Assembly: GCA_031272145.1 (NCBI GenBank) | Contig: JAISUL010000005.1 | Coordinates: forward strand, 7,098-71,097 | Reading direction: 5' to 3' | Origin: Synergistaceae bacterium | Lineage (GTDB): Bacteria; Synergistota; Synergistia; Synergistales; Aminobacteriaceae | Length of the DNA stretch: 64,000 bases | In this document: in pieces, positions 54,695-63,316 of the stretch | Layout of the letters: each line of letters starts with the position of its first letter | Numbering within the stretch: position 1 is the stretch's first letter | Program-made: the position numbers and the translations under genes | Notes under the pieces: generated by a model | What the model saw: the letters and a program-made list of their open reading frames with translations, nothing else | Told to the model about the DNA's origin: nothing | The model's database searches: none

Positions 54695-54910
54695 ATGTTG
54701 ACGGTGTCCCGTGAGGAGTTCGAGGCTGAGGAAGCGCGGATTAAGGACTTGGAGAAAATCTCGCCTATGTTTGCGCATGACTTGTGGAACCAGTACGTTG
54801 AGTTGGTGACCGTGCCTAACCCGCCGGAGCTTGACGCCAAGATCAGGCGATACATTAGGCGCCAGCTTTTTCCGGGGAGGCAGCTGATGTTGGAATGGCC
54901 AACATCTTGA
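54695..54910 (+). CDS. small hypothetical protein downstream of P2
   Basis: 71 aa from ATG 54695 (GAGAGGA upstream). Soluble, charged. No homology recognised. Confidence 0.35.
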   Translation: MLTVSREEFEAEEARIKDLEKISPMFAHDLWNQYVELVTVPNPPELDAKIRRYIRRQLFPGRQLMLEWPTS

Positions 54911-55055
54911 GCAATATTGCACCGCCGGCCACTTGCATGGACGCGTTTATCTGCCCGAATACGAACCGCGGCAGGAGGCGCTGCGGCACGGGAGTATAGG
55001 GGAAGTGAATCCCATGAAGATGATAAAGCAGCAGCCCCCGCGCCGCGTGCGAAGT

Positions 55056-55277
55056 AGGGTTGCTGCTGTATCTGGCAGCGTACATCAAGGCTGTCCAGCC
55101 GTCGTCCTTGTCCTTCGCCTTGACGTCGGCCCCGGCCTCAATAGCCGCCCTGACCTCCTCTGGGGTGCCACCAGCGCACAACTTCAAAAACGCCTCGTTA
55201 TCGTAGGCGCCGTACGCAACCGTCCCCAAGAACACCACGCAAACCCCCGCCAAAACCAGCCTGCGCAAACTCACCAT
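55056..55277 (-). pseudogene. truncated ankyrin-repeat gene (signal peptide + first repeat only)
   Basis: MVSLRRLVLAGVCVVFLGTVAYGAYDNEAFLKLCAGGTPEEVRAAIEAGADVKAKDKDDGWTALMYAARYSSNP. ANK similarity then stops, and the rest of track ORF 54855..55277 is unrelated. Confidence 0.6.
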
Positions 55278-55354
55278 ACTAACCCCTCCTAAATACTCGG
55301 GGAAGGCGCTCTCCGCACCCTCCCCGGCCCGTGGCGTCCGTGGACTGCGTTCCC

Positions 55355-57250
55355 CTACGCCGGTATGCTAGTCTCGTCCTTGAACTCCGGTATGCTAGCC
55401 TCGCCCTTGAGGAACCTCGTGATCAGGCCTATGAACTCTCGATCGCGATCGTAGACGTCCTCCTTGCGCCATTCGTGGATGACCTCGCCGTTGATCGTCT
55501 GCATATACCGCGTATCCTGCTCGGCCAAGTCCCACACGTCGGCTATCTTGGAGGGGTCGACCCCGGGTAGAGGTTTTTTGGGGGCCTTGGCGTAGTAGTT
55601 AGCCCGTTTAAACTCGAACGCGCCATTAGAAGCCTTGGTGTTCAGAGGTGCCTCGATAACCACCTTGTTTCCAAAAAGCTCCATGCACGCATTGGCATCC
55701 GCATCAGTCCAGTATTGAGAGTAGGCCTGTCTCCACTTCTTGGGGAGGATGTGCTCGATCGAGAACGGTCGCAGCTGCTCTTCCTGCTCCTTGTTGAGAT
55801 ATGCATGGAGAAGCAGGAAGACCTTGTCGAGCTTTGAACTCGGCGCGCTGCACTGCCTGAGCGCCTCGTCCGTCGGAATCTTTGGAGCGAAGATCGTGTT
55901 GAGCACCTCAGCCGTCGGATTCTTAGGAGCGTCAGGGCCGCCTACTAAATCGGCGCACTTCTTGACGAGCTCACCCCTAAGACTCACGCCGTGCTTCTCG
56001 AGGTACGCACAGCACATGAAGGCCAGCAGCTTCTCCAAAAAGAGGCAAAACTGCTCGTCGGAATAGCTGGTGCGCATATAGTTTATGAAAAACACGCTCA
56101 CTGCGTACCGCCATATTTCGACGGGGTAACAAGAAAAGCAGTGGAGGTATTTCCGAGCCCGGCGCGAAATGGAGTAGCCCTCAGCTTCGTCAGGGTCACT
56201 GCCGTAGACGTGTCCCCAGAACTTGGCCAGCGCCATAATGTTGTCCATAAGGTCAGGCTCTCGCAGATGCTCGTAGTTTTTGTCCGTGTAAAATGGACGC
56301 AAACCAGGAACAGTGGTATCCCTGTAGTTTGCACGAGCAAGAAGGACGTACATGTAATAGCGGAATATGTCGTTGATCGTGAAATCGTCGGGGTTGGACA
56401 CCGCATCTTTACACTTCGCGGAGAGTCGCTTCCATTGCTCAATGAAGTCCTTCTCGCGCCCCTCGGTTTTCTTAAAACCGTACAAATACGCCTTGAAGAC
56501 ATCGGAGTCTGTCAGAGGCTGCCCTCGATCGCTCATCCGGCTGAAGATCGTCAATGCCATATCTGTTGATGGACACTCGACGGGCAAGACGATGCATCGC
56601 CGCAGAAGCAAGCCGCAAAGCTTGTCCCAGTTCGGCTCGCTCTCGGCAAGTTTGTCGCAGCGCTCTCGGAAACGAAGGTAGTTCTTCGAGTAATTGTCCG
56701 TAGGTTTCGCGTCCTTAGCGTTAGCGTTTTGATCCGCCTCGCCGGTGCTGCCGGTGCTAAGTATGTTCACGAATATCTTCCAGTGGTCGTCAGCCACGGC
56801 ACGTGACTCGATGCGCACCCTGCTTGAATCGAGAACCTTCCCCGAATCAGGGTCAGTATGCCAAATACATGCCGCCATATCCCGCAGCAGTTGAGCAACG
56901 GCCGCTTTTGCGTCAGGGTTAAGCTGAGCATCCTCCAGCTTCTTGTAAAACATCCGAAGCATAAGGAGAAGCGACGTTATCCTTTGCTGACCATCAACGA
57001 TCTCCCAGACGCCCCTGCCGGGTTCGCGTTCGCTGACTACGCGTTCGCTGACTACGATAGTGCCGAGAAAATACTCATCATTTTCTCCAGCCTGTCGCCA
57101 GAACTCGACGATGTCATCCCAAAGCTGATCGCACGCGTCAGTATCCCAGGCGTACTCACGCTGGTACTCCGGAATGACGAATTGGCGCTCTCCCAAGAAA
57201 ACGCCAACTTTTTCCTTGAGCACAACAAGTGCTTTCACTGGCCCACTCAT
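55355..57250 (-). CDS. DUF262 + DUF1524 protein (GmrSD-type, putative type IV restriction / modified-DNA nuclease)
   Basis: ATG 57250; 631 aa. N-terminal DUF262 signature FVIPEYQREYAWD and DGQQR. C-terminal His-Me-like IEHILPKKW...LNTKASN. Visibly more AT-rich than the flanks. Confidence 0.85.
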   Translation of the reverse strand: MSGPVKALVVLKEKVGVFLGERQFVIPEYQREYAWDTDACDQLWDDIVEFWRQAGENDEYFLGTIVVSERVVSEREPGRGVWEIVDGQQRITSLLLMLRMFYKKLEDAQLNPDAKAAVAQLLRDMAACIWHTDPDSGKVLDSSRVRIESRAVADDHWKIFVNILSTGSTGEADQNANAKDAKPTDNYSKNYLRFRERCDKLAESEPNWDKLCGLLLRRCIVLPVECPSTDMALTIFSRMSDRGQPLTDSDVFKAYLYGFKKTEGREKDFIEQWKRLSAKCKDAVSNPDDFTINDIFRYYMYVLLARANYRDTTVPGLRPFYTDKNYEHLREPDLMDNIMALAKFWGHVYGSDPDEAEGYSISRRARKYLHCFSCYPVEIWRYAVSVFFINYMRTSYSDEQFCLFLEKLLAFMCCAYLEKHGVSLRGELVKKCADLVGGPDAPKNPTAEVLNTIFAPKIPTDEALRQCSAPSSKLDKVFLLLHAYLNKEQEEQLRPFSIEHILPKKWRQAYSQYWTDADANACMELFGNKVVIEAPLNTKASNGAFEFKRANYYAKAPKKPLPGVDPSKIADVWDLAEQDTRYMQTINGEVIHEWRKEDVYDRDREFIGLITRFLKGEASIPEFKDETSIPA

Positions 57251-57295
57251 AACTATACCCCTTTCCGGGTAATGGCCGAGAATTTGCAGATGATC

Positions 57296-57317
57296 CACAA
57301 GGTCTATTATAAGACAC
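57296..57317. repeat. third copy (19/22) of the 22-bp repeat, within the P4 leader
   Basis: CACAAGGTCTATTATAAGACAC versus CACAAGGTACATTATGAGACAC at 61766. Confidence 0.85.
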
Positions 57318-57350
57318 CGTCCCGGCCACCCCAATTTACTGACGTCAAAG

Positions 57351-57379
57351 ATTATACACCCAATCCGTAAAAAACGCAA
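57351..57379 (-). promoter_or_regulatory. sigma70 promoter P4 driving the DUF262/DUF1524 gene
   Basis: Minus strand: TTGCGT (57379-57374), 17-nt spacer, TATAAT (57356-57351). The leader AAATTGGGGTGGCCGGGACG (57337-57318) is identical to 62075-62094. Confidence 0.6.
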
Positions 57380-57539
57380 CCCCTTCCGTCGAGTTTCGAG
57401 CTTGCTTTTTCGGTCTGTCCCAACGGCGCGGGCAGTGACCCCTCCCCTACTCCTGAGGTATCTATCCCGTAGGTCGGCATGCTACCAAGCATACCTCGAT
57501 CCTGTCTGGCGCAACGTCTATATCCATGCATCAAAACAG

Positions 57540-59390
57540 CTAAAAATTTTTCACCACGTTCCAGTCCGCCACTGCCTGGGCGAGTGCTTTTGCAGCATCC
57601 ACGCCTTTGGGCGTCAAAGCGTCACGCGCTAACATAATTTCCTGTCGACAGCGCGTGACGGCTGAGAAGTAGGTACGCAGCTGGTTTTCTATACCTGCCT
57701 TGTAAGACAGGTATTTAGCGCGTATTTCATCTACGTCCTTCTGGCTAACCGTAGGTGCCTGGCTTTGTCTAAATCCCTCTGCGCACTTCTCGCGCCACAC
57801 CATCAGCCGTTTCGTTCGTACTGGCCCAAAGCCGCGTATCGCGCGAATCTTGTCCTCGGATACGTCCGCTGCCGTCGTGACACCGTGAGAGTAGAGAGTA
57901 GCCCTCAGTGAGCCGGTACTAGTGCCATAACTGCCCTTAAGGTACTCCTTATTAACGGCATCATCTAGCGAAAACGCCCTCAGAAACTTTTCTAGCTGCG
58001 CTCTTGAATCCGTACTGAGCGCGTTAATCTCGCGTTGCTCCTGCTGCATAAGTTCCACGTATTTGCCATGGAGTTTGTCTGCGGCCTCGCGAATATCCAG
58101 AAACCTACGCCGAGATGCCGTCTGATCCCACTGTGCCTTAAGGCCATCGTAGTGCTTTTGCGCGTCCTTGAGAGCTAGCTCGCGGCGTCTACGCACGGTG
58201 GCAACACCTACCCTAGGGCACGGTGTTGGGGTAACGCTGATCCTTTGCCAGTCGGGGAAATCAGCGCTCGGCGGCACCGGTACGGCCTTAATCTTAGCCC
58301 ATATCTCATCAACGCCGACATCGGGGCTGGTGGGTTGTTCGGTTGTGTTCGGCGGAAACATAAGTACACCTTGGCGCTCCAAAGCACACCACGGACACTC
58401 AGCGGCGCCCTTGGGGTAGACGTGCGACCTCCACACGTCACATTCCTTTAGCCCGTCGCAAAGGTCTTTCAGCGCGTGGTACCACTCCAGAGCGGTCGGA
58501 CGGCATTTCACTCCGTCTTCGGTAAACGCCCGCTCGAACATTGCCACCATATTTGACGGCAGCATAGATACTGGAATAGTCCCTTTGGGCGGTGCTATGC
58601 CACGAGACCTAGCATCTCTAGCATAAGCGTAACGGAACTCTTTTATCTTCTCTTCAAGCAGTTCCCCGATGCCAGCTCTCAAAGTGACACCAGCGTACGG
58701 ATGCCGTCCACAGAACAGCAAGTGAAATATGAGTATGGCAAGCCCAAAGTTATCGTGATTTTGGGTTCGTGTAATGTTGCTAAAAGATTTGCCCTGAAGC
58801 TCAGGCGGCGTGAAATTACCGACGCCGACTTCGCACAGATGCCATACGCCGTTGACCTTGATCTGAAAGGAATCGGCGTCGATGAGAACCACCTTGTCGT
58901 CGTACAATGCCTTTTGGTTATTCCAAGCTAAAGCATTGCCTTCGTTGACGTCGCCTATCACGTGTGCATTCTTGTGCATACCATAAAACGCGCCGGCCGT
59001 GCTCAGCGCGACGCGAAGCAAAAAACTCCACTTCGCGCCGGGCCTTGCTGCCATACGATCGCGAGGATTGTAAAGTTTGTGAAGAGGCGTGAGATTCCCG
59101 AAATTGGGCATCAAGAATCCCACGATGGGACCGCCGCGCCTTTCGCACAGCGTAGCAGTCGGCCACGCCGAAACCTCGCTAAGCTCTTTATTCGCGTGGG
59201 TCGCCATGAAATTCAACTTAGCTTGTTTGGCCGCGTTTGGCAACCGATTGGGGTGATAGATCTTAGCCACCATGCCACGGTGAGCTGGAACTGCTCCGAC
59301 CCAACCCTCTCCGCCAACACCTATTGGCTTGTCATCGATCTCAACCTGTGCACCGGCCGAGGTATAATAAAGTTTAAGCACCACAAGCAC
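57540..59390 (-). CDS. Ser/Thr protein kinase-like protein with C-terminal helix-hairpin-helix (TerY-P kinase)
   Basis: 616 aa. Kinase-like GVGGEG...VAKIY, catalytic HVIGDVNEGN, LIDADSF. C-terminal HhH IRAIRGFGPVRTKRL. Start codon (GTG region) uncertain. Confidence 0.8.
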   Translation of the reverse strand: MLVVLKLYYTSAGAQVEIDDKPIGVGGEGWVGAVPAHRGMVAKIYHPNRLPNAAKQAKLNFMATHANKELSEVSAWPTATLCERRGGPIVGFLMPNFGNLTPLHKLYNPRDRMAARPGAKWSFLLRVALSTAGAFYGMHKNAHVIGDVNEGNALAWNNQKALYDDKVVLIDADSFQIKVNGVWHLCEVGVGNFTPPELQGKSFSNITRTQNHDNFGLAILIFHLLFCGRHPYAGVTLRAGIGELLEEKIKEFRYAYARDARSRGIAPPKGTIPVSMLPSNMVAMFERAFTEDGVKCRPTALEWYHALKDLCDGLKECDVWRSHVYPKGAAECPWCALERQGVLMFPPNTTEQPTSPDVGVDEIWAKIKAVPVPPSADFPDWQRISVTPTPCPRVGVATVRRRRELALKDAQKHYDGLKAQWDQTASRRRFLDIREAADKLHGKYVELMQQEQREINALSTDSRAQLEKFLRAFSLDDAVNKEYLKGSYGTSTGSLRATLYSHGVTTAADVSEDKIRAIRGFGPVRTKRLMVWREKCAEGFRQSQAPTVSQKDVDEIRAKYLSYKAGIENQLRTYFSAVTRCRQEIMLARDALTPKGVDAAKALAQAVADWNVVKNF

Positions 59391-59409
59391 CTCCGAAATT
59401 CAATGCCAA

Positions 59410-60192
59410 CTACGCCATGCGGCACGCTAGAGCCAGCGTCTTGTCGTCGTCCGTACGACTATTGACGTTATCGCAGTCCAAGAAGTCAAGCAAGTCCGTA
59501 TAAAGCTCCCGCTCTCTTCCATGCTGTTTAGCCAACAGCATGTCAAAAAGCCGCCTAAAAAAGGGTTGATGCGGTAGCGGCGGTGCGTTCCTAAAATCCA
59601 GAGCCAGCCTTTCTAGACCGTCAGTGAACATCGCGACGTGGAGAGGCTTACGATGCTCAAAGACCCTGGTCCGCAATATGCCAAGCGCGTTATCGTCTGT
59701 GACGAAGTGTGTACTGTTGGCGTACTCACCATGCATAGGCGGAATGGCGAGCTGCAGCCCTAACCCGTTATCTACCTCGAACACAATGGCACCATCTCCG
59801 ATCTGCATGAACAATGCCACGTTCATGTAGCAAACGGCACCGAGAAACGTGGTCGCGAAGTCCTTATGCCGTAGGCCAAGATCATCAGCTTGTCGGAAGA
59901 TTCGAGCGCGAACCTCATTGACGCAGTCGAACGCTACGCTCTCCCAATCTTCGAGCAAAGCGAAACCTTCCTCTGCGCGCCTCTTGATAAACAGATTGGC
60001 AGTGTGCACAGCCCGCTCGGCGCCATCTGCACCCCGCGCTGCGCTACCAGCGCCGTCAGCTACGAACATGGACAATACTGGCCATCCGGAGGCTGCTACT
60101 CGCTCTCGAACGCAGTAACAGTCTTCGCAAGGTTTATTAACGTGCTTATGCGACACCCCCACGGATGACGCAGCAACTGTCGCCCACGTCAT
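59410..60192 (-). CDS. PP2C-family protein phosphatase (TerY-P phosphatase)
   Basis: ATG 60192 overlaps the upstream stop (ATGA); 260 aa. VADGAGSA, QIGDG and MFTDGL motifs. Confidence 0.75.
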   Translation of the reverse strand: MTWATVAASSVGVSHKHVNKPCEDCYCVRERVAASGWPVLSMFVADGAGSAARGADGAERAVHTANLFIKRRAEEGFALLEDWESVAFDCVNEVRARIFRQADDLGLRHKDFATTFLGAVCYMNVALFMQIGDGAIVFEVDNGLGLQLAIPPMHGEYANSTHFVTDDNALGILRTRVFEHRKPLHVAMFTDGLERLALDFRNAPPLPHQPFFRRLFDMLLAKQHGRERELYTDLLDFLDCDNVNSRTDDDKTLALACRMA

Positions 60193-60854
60193 CTCACGAT
60201 GCAGTCCTTGGGCGAAGGCGGCAAAACATCCGCGCCGGGCGTCGACGTCGAGGCACCCACCGAATTCCCAAGCCACTTGAACAATTCCTGGAATTTCAAT
60301 CCATCCAGCTTCAGCGGCTCTCGGATGCTGATCTGTTGTAATATATCCATGTTAGCGTCCATGACCCCAACAGCATAAAAAATGAACGCTTTCGCGTCTT
60401 CCCCTGTTTTTACTAAATCAGAGACAGAATACCAGTCGTCTGTGGGTTCGCCGTCGGTGACGAGGAATATCCACGGGCGGTAGTACGCGATACCGTTCTT
60501 CCTGTATATCCCCTTGCGTTCCTTCACGAGTCGGATCGCCTCGCTAATGGCCTCGCCCATCGGCGTGAGACCGCCAGCGGTTAGTATCGGAGGCTCAAAC
60601 CGCTCAGCTTCAGTGAACGGCATTTTGAGCACCACCGCTTCTCCAAACGTCACGATAGCCACCTCGACCCGCTTCATAGCGACAGGGTAGTCGACAAGAG
60701 CATCTTTGAACGTCGTCAATCCAGCGTTCAGCTCGTCGATAGGCTGGCCGACCATGGACTCTGAAACGTCGAGAAGCAGAACGCAAGGACACCTAGGTTC
60801 AGGGTTCCCGGCGAAATCGTCATCGGATGCAATCGTGCTCGCCCTTCGTGTCAT
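60189..60854 (-). CDS. TerY/YegL-type vWA protein, copy 2
   Basis: 221 aa. [25 protein letters not shown] and VTDGEPTD. Confidence 0.85.
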   Translation of the reverse strand: MTRRASTIASDDDFAGNPEPRCPCVLLLDVSESMVGQPIDELNAGLTTFKDALVDYPVAMKRVEVAIVTFGEAVVLKMPFTEAERFEPPILTAGGLTPMGEAISEAIRLVKERKGIYRKNGIAYYRPWIFLVTDGEPTDDWYSVSDLVKTGEDAKAFIFYAVGVMDANMDILQQISIREPLKLDGLKFQELFKWLGNSVGASTSTPGADVLPPSPKDCIVR

Positions 60855-61525
60855 ACCGTTGCCCAGCCCTTAGGAGAAGATAGTTGGACATCTGTCCCTG
60901 GAGTCGAGCTCGACACGCTCCGCAGCGACGCCGAGAGCCACCGAAACAGCTCTTGAAACTTCAGCCCCTCCAACATAAGCGGCTCGCGCACGCTGATCTG
61001 CCGCAAGACCTCCATGTCGGCACCCTTAACAGCGATGGCAAAGAAGCTGAACTCCTTCCTCTCCTCTCCAGCTTGCACGGCATCAGGGACAGAGTCCCAT
61101 GCGTCGTTGGGCTCGCCGTCGGTTATGAGGAATATCCACGGGCGGTAGTACGCGATACCGTTCTCTTTATATATCTCCTTGCGTTCCTTCACGAGTCGGA
61201 TCGCCTCACCGATGGCAGCACCCATCGGCGTAAGACCGTTGGCGGTCAGACTCGGCGGCTCGAAGCCATCGGCATCGGTGAATGGCATCGCGAGCGTCAC
61301 CGCCCCCCCAAACGTCACTATGGCAACCTCGACCCGCTTCCTAGCGAGAGCATCGGCAGCGATTTCCTCTTTGAACGTAACCAACCCAGCGTTCAGCTCA
61401 CCGATAGGCTGGCCTGCCATTGAACCTGAAACATCAAGAAGTAGAACGCATGGACATCTCGGCTCAGGGTTGGAAGCAAATATATCATCGCTCGCCAGAG
61501 TCTCGAGCTGTTCGTCCATAGCCAT
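60851..61525 (-). CDS. TerY/YegL-type vWA protein, copy 1
   Basis: ATG 61525 follows a GGAGGTG SD; 224 aa. [25 protein letters not shown] and ITDGEPND. Confidence 0.85.
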   Translation of the reverse strand: MAMDEQLETLASDDIFASNPEPRCPCVLLLDVSGSMAGQPIGELNAGLVTFKEEIAADALARKRVEVAIVTFGGAVTLAMPFTDADGFEPPSLTANGLTPMGAAIGEAIRLVKERKEIYKENGIAYYRPWIFLITDGEPNDAWDSVPDAVQAGEERKEFSFFAIAVKGADMEVLRQISVREPLMLEGLKFQELFRWLSASLRSVSSSTPGTDVQLSSPKGWATV

Positions 61526-61765
61526 TTCCGCACCTCCATACACGATACGCTAGTTTTCAGAACTAGCACAAAACCATAGGTGACTAAAGCACCATCGCCA
61601 GACCTCCGCACATGCACTATGTCGAGCCCCCACTCTAGCTCGCCGCGAAACTGACGTTGCGATGCTCCACTAACCCTAAGTGCCCTTGGGGCGGGGCGCG
61701 GAGGCCCCTGCAGTCCCCTAAACTCCGCGTTGTTCCTTGGAATGGCTTAGGGTCTCACAATGAAC

Positions 61766-61787
61766 CACAAGGTACATTATGAGACAC
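61766..61787. repeat. 22-bp inverted repeat, left arm (CACAAGGTACATTATGAGACAC)
   Basis: Exact reverse complement of 62095..62116. Confidence 0.95.
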
Positions 61788-62032
61788 GCCCTAATCCCTA
61801 TGGCCAGCCCCCCAGTTTTGCCAGCTTGAACTTCGCGAGCGAGTAGGGGGAGTCCGGAGGATGGCCGAGGGCAGAGCAAGAGGCAGGTCAGGGGCAGGCC
61901 GGCCTCCCGGAGGGCGCTTCCGAAAAAAAATCCCCGACCCACCCAGGAGTAGGGGAGGGGATAGGGGAGCGCCGTTGGGAGATTGGGGGGGGGTGAATTT
62001 TAGAAAAGTTGAAAGATTGTGTATGAAAGGGG

Positions 62033-62059
62033 TTGCATTTTCCATGAACATGGTATACT
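62033..62059 (+). promoter_or_regulatory. extended -10 promoter P3 inside the repeat-bracketed segment, pointing away from TerY-P
   Basis: TTGCAT (62033-62038), 15-nt spacer ending in TGG, TATACT (62054-62059). Followed by a leader homologous to the P4 leader. Confidence 0.55.
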
Positions 62060-62094
62060 ATACCAGGCATCAGGAAATTGGGGTGGCCGGGACG

Positions 62095-62116
62095 GTGTCT
62101 CATAATGTACCTTGTG
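62095..62116. repeat. 22-bp inverted repeat, right arm
   Basis: GTGTCTCATAATGTACCTTGTG is the reverse complement of 61766..61787. Confidence 0.95.
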
Positions 62117-62230
62117 TACGCTCCACGAAGCTCAAGTCATACCGAGGCTTCCCGCACAGTTTAACATTGCGCTGGTGCCCTGGCTCCCGCAGCTAGGACT
62201 CTTTCCCACTGCCAAGCTGCGCAGCCACAG

Positions 62231-62269
62231 CAAAAATAGCCCCGCGGGGTACTCTACCCCCCGCGAGGC
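62231..62269 (-). terminator. rho-independent terminator after the PPIase gene (right island boundary)
   Basis: Minus strand: GCCTCGCGGGG-GGTAGAGTA-CCCCGCGGGGC (11-bp stem with one G-U pair) followed by TATTTTTG. Confidence 0.65.
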
Positions 62270-62318
62270 CCTGCCTGCGGACTCAGGCTACCGCTGCCCC
62301 CCGTCACGAACCAGCGCT

Positions 62319-63182
62319 CTACGAATCCGCCTTCTTCTCCACCTTGTACCGCTTCTTCAGCTCCTCAAGGACGCTCTGGTACTTCTCGCCCTTCTTCTCG
62401 TTGGTCAGGAACTGGATGATCTGCGCCTTCACGTCCTCATAGGGCGTCAGGGCGGCGGGCTTCTTCTCCTCCAGCTTGATGATGTGCCAGCCAAAGGCGC
62501 TCTTCACCGGCGCGGACACGTCGCCGGGCTTCTCTAGGGCGAAGGCCGCCTCCTCGAACTCCGGCACCATCTGGCCCTTGCCGAAGAAGCCAAGGTCGCC
62601 GCCGTTCGCAGCCGAGCCAGGGTCCTTCGAGTACTCGATGGCCACTGCGTCGAACGACGCGCCGTCCTTGAGCTTGCCCTGCACTTCCTCCACCTCGGCC
62701 TTGGCGTCGTTGTCGCCGCTCAGCAGGATGTGCCGAACCCTGATCTGCTCAGGCGTGGTGAACCTGTCCTTGTGCTCGTCGTAGAACTTCTTCGCATCGG
62801 CGTCCGAAACCTTGACGTCCTTCAGAGCCTCGTCGATGTCGGTCTTCGCCAGAGCCTGAGTGCGGAAGTTCGCCATCAGCTCCTTGAAGCTAGCTGTGTC
62901 GGCCAGCCCGCGCTTCTCCCCGTCCAGAGCGAACAGCCTCACGGCTATGAGCTCGTCGAGGATCGCGGCCCGCCCCTGCTCGTTGTCGTAGACCATGGTG
63001 CCCTGAGGCCCCATCGCGGTTATGACCTTGTCGACGTCGCCGGCTTTGATCTCCTGCCCCTCGACCACGGCCAAGACCTTGTCCGCCGACACAGCCGCCT
63101 CAAGCGGCGAGGCGAGCGCCCCAAGCCCAAGGATCAGAACCAAGGCCACCAAAGACGGAATAAACTTTCTTGTGCTGCCCAT
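62319..63182 (-). CDS. parvulin-type peptidyl-prolyl isomerase (PrsA/SurA-like), secreted
   Basis: Signal/anchor FIPSLVALVLILGLGALA. PpiC domain with RVRHILL and FGWHIIKLEEKK. Start at ATG 63182 (alternatives 63200 and 63227). Confidence 0.8.
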   Translation of the reverse strand: MGSTRKFIPSLVALVLILGLGALASPLEAAVSADKVLAVVEGQEIKAGDVDKVITAMGPQGTMVYDNEQGRAAILDELIAVRLFALDGEKRGLADTASFKELMANFRTQALAKTDIDEALKDVKVSDADAKKFYDEHKDRFTTPEQIRVRHILLSGDNDAKAEVEEVQGKLKDGASFDAVAIEYSKDPGSAANGGDLGFFGKGQMVPEFEEAAFALEKPGDVSAPVKSAFGWHIIKLEEKKPAALTPYEDVKAQIIQFLTNEKKGEKYQSVLEELKKRYKVEKKADS

Positions 63183-63316
63183 ACTCAAACGACCTTTCAT
63201 AAGGCTGAATTGTGAAGCTCGGCGCATTCTATCACAAAGCGCCCGCCTCGAAGAGCGTTTTGCGTTGTATTCCTCACACGAAATAACGTAAAATTTGAGG
63301 ACAAGGGGGTGCTTTC

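Noticed and set aside
54855-55055. C-terminal half of track ORF 54855..55277 as part of an intact ankyrin gene
   Set aside because: ANK similarity ends after residue 74 (YSSNP). The remainder has no repeat character and overlaps the P2-driven small ORF on the other strand. It is treated as a truncated remnant.
61766-62116. MITE or other small transposable element defined by the 22-bp terminal inverted repeats
   Set aside because: There is no target-site duplication: the flanks are ...AATGAAC on the left and TACGCTC... on the right. One repeat arm is part of a promoter leader that also occurs, as a single copy, upstream of the DUF262 gene. The inversion model fits better. Genome-wide copies were not checked.
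61560-62300. Possible housekeeping structured RNA (RNase P RNA, tmRNA, 6S, SRP RNA) in the 750-bp non-coding gap
   Set aside because: By eye I could not find the RNase P P4 consensus (GAGGAAAGUCCGGGC-type), a tmRNA tag-reading frame with a tRNA-like CCA end, or other diagnostic motifs. The region is better explained by the promoter-leader module, the inverted repeats and the terminator. A covariance-model scan (Rfam/Infernal) would be needed to exclude an RNA.
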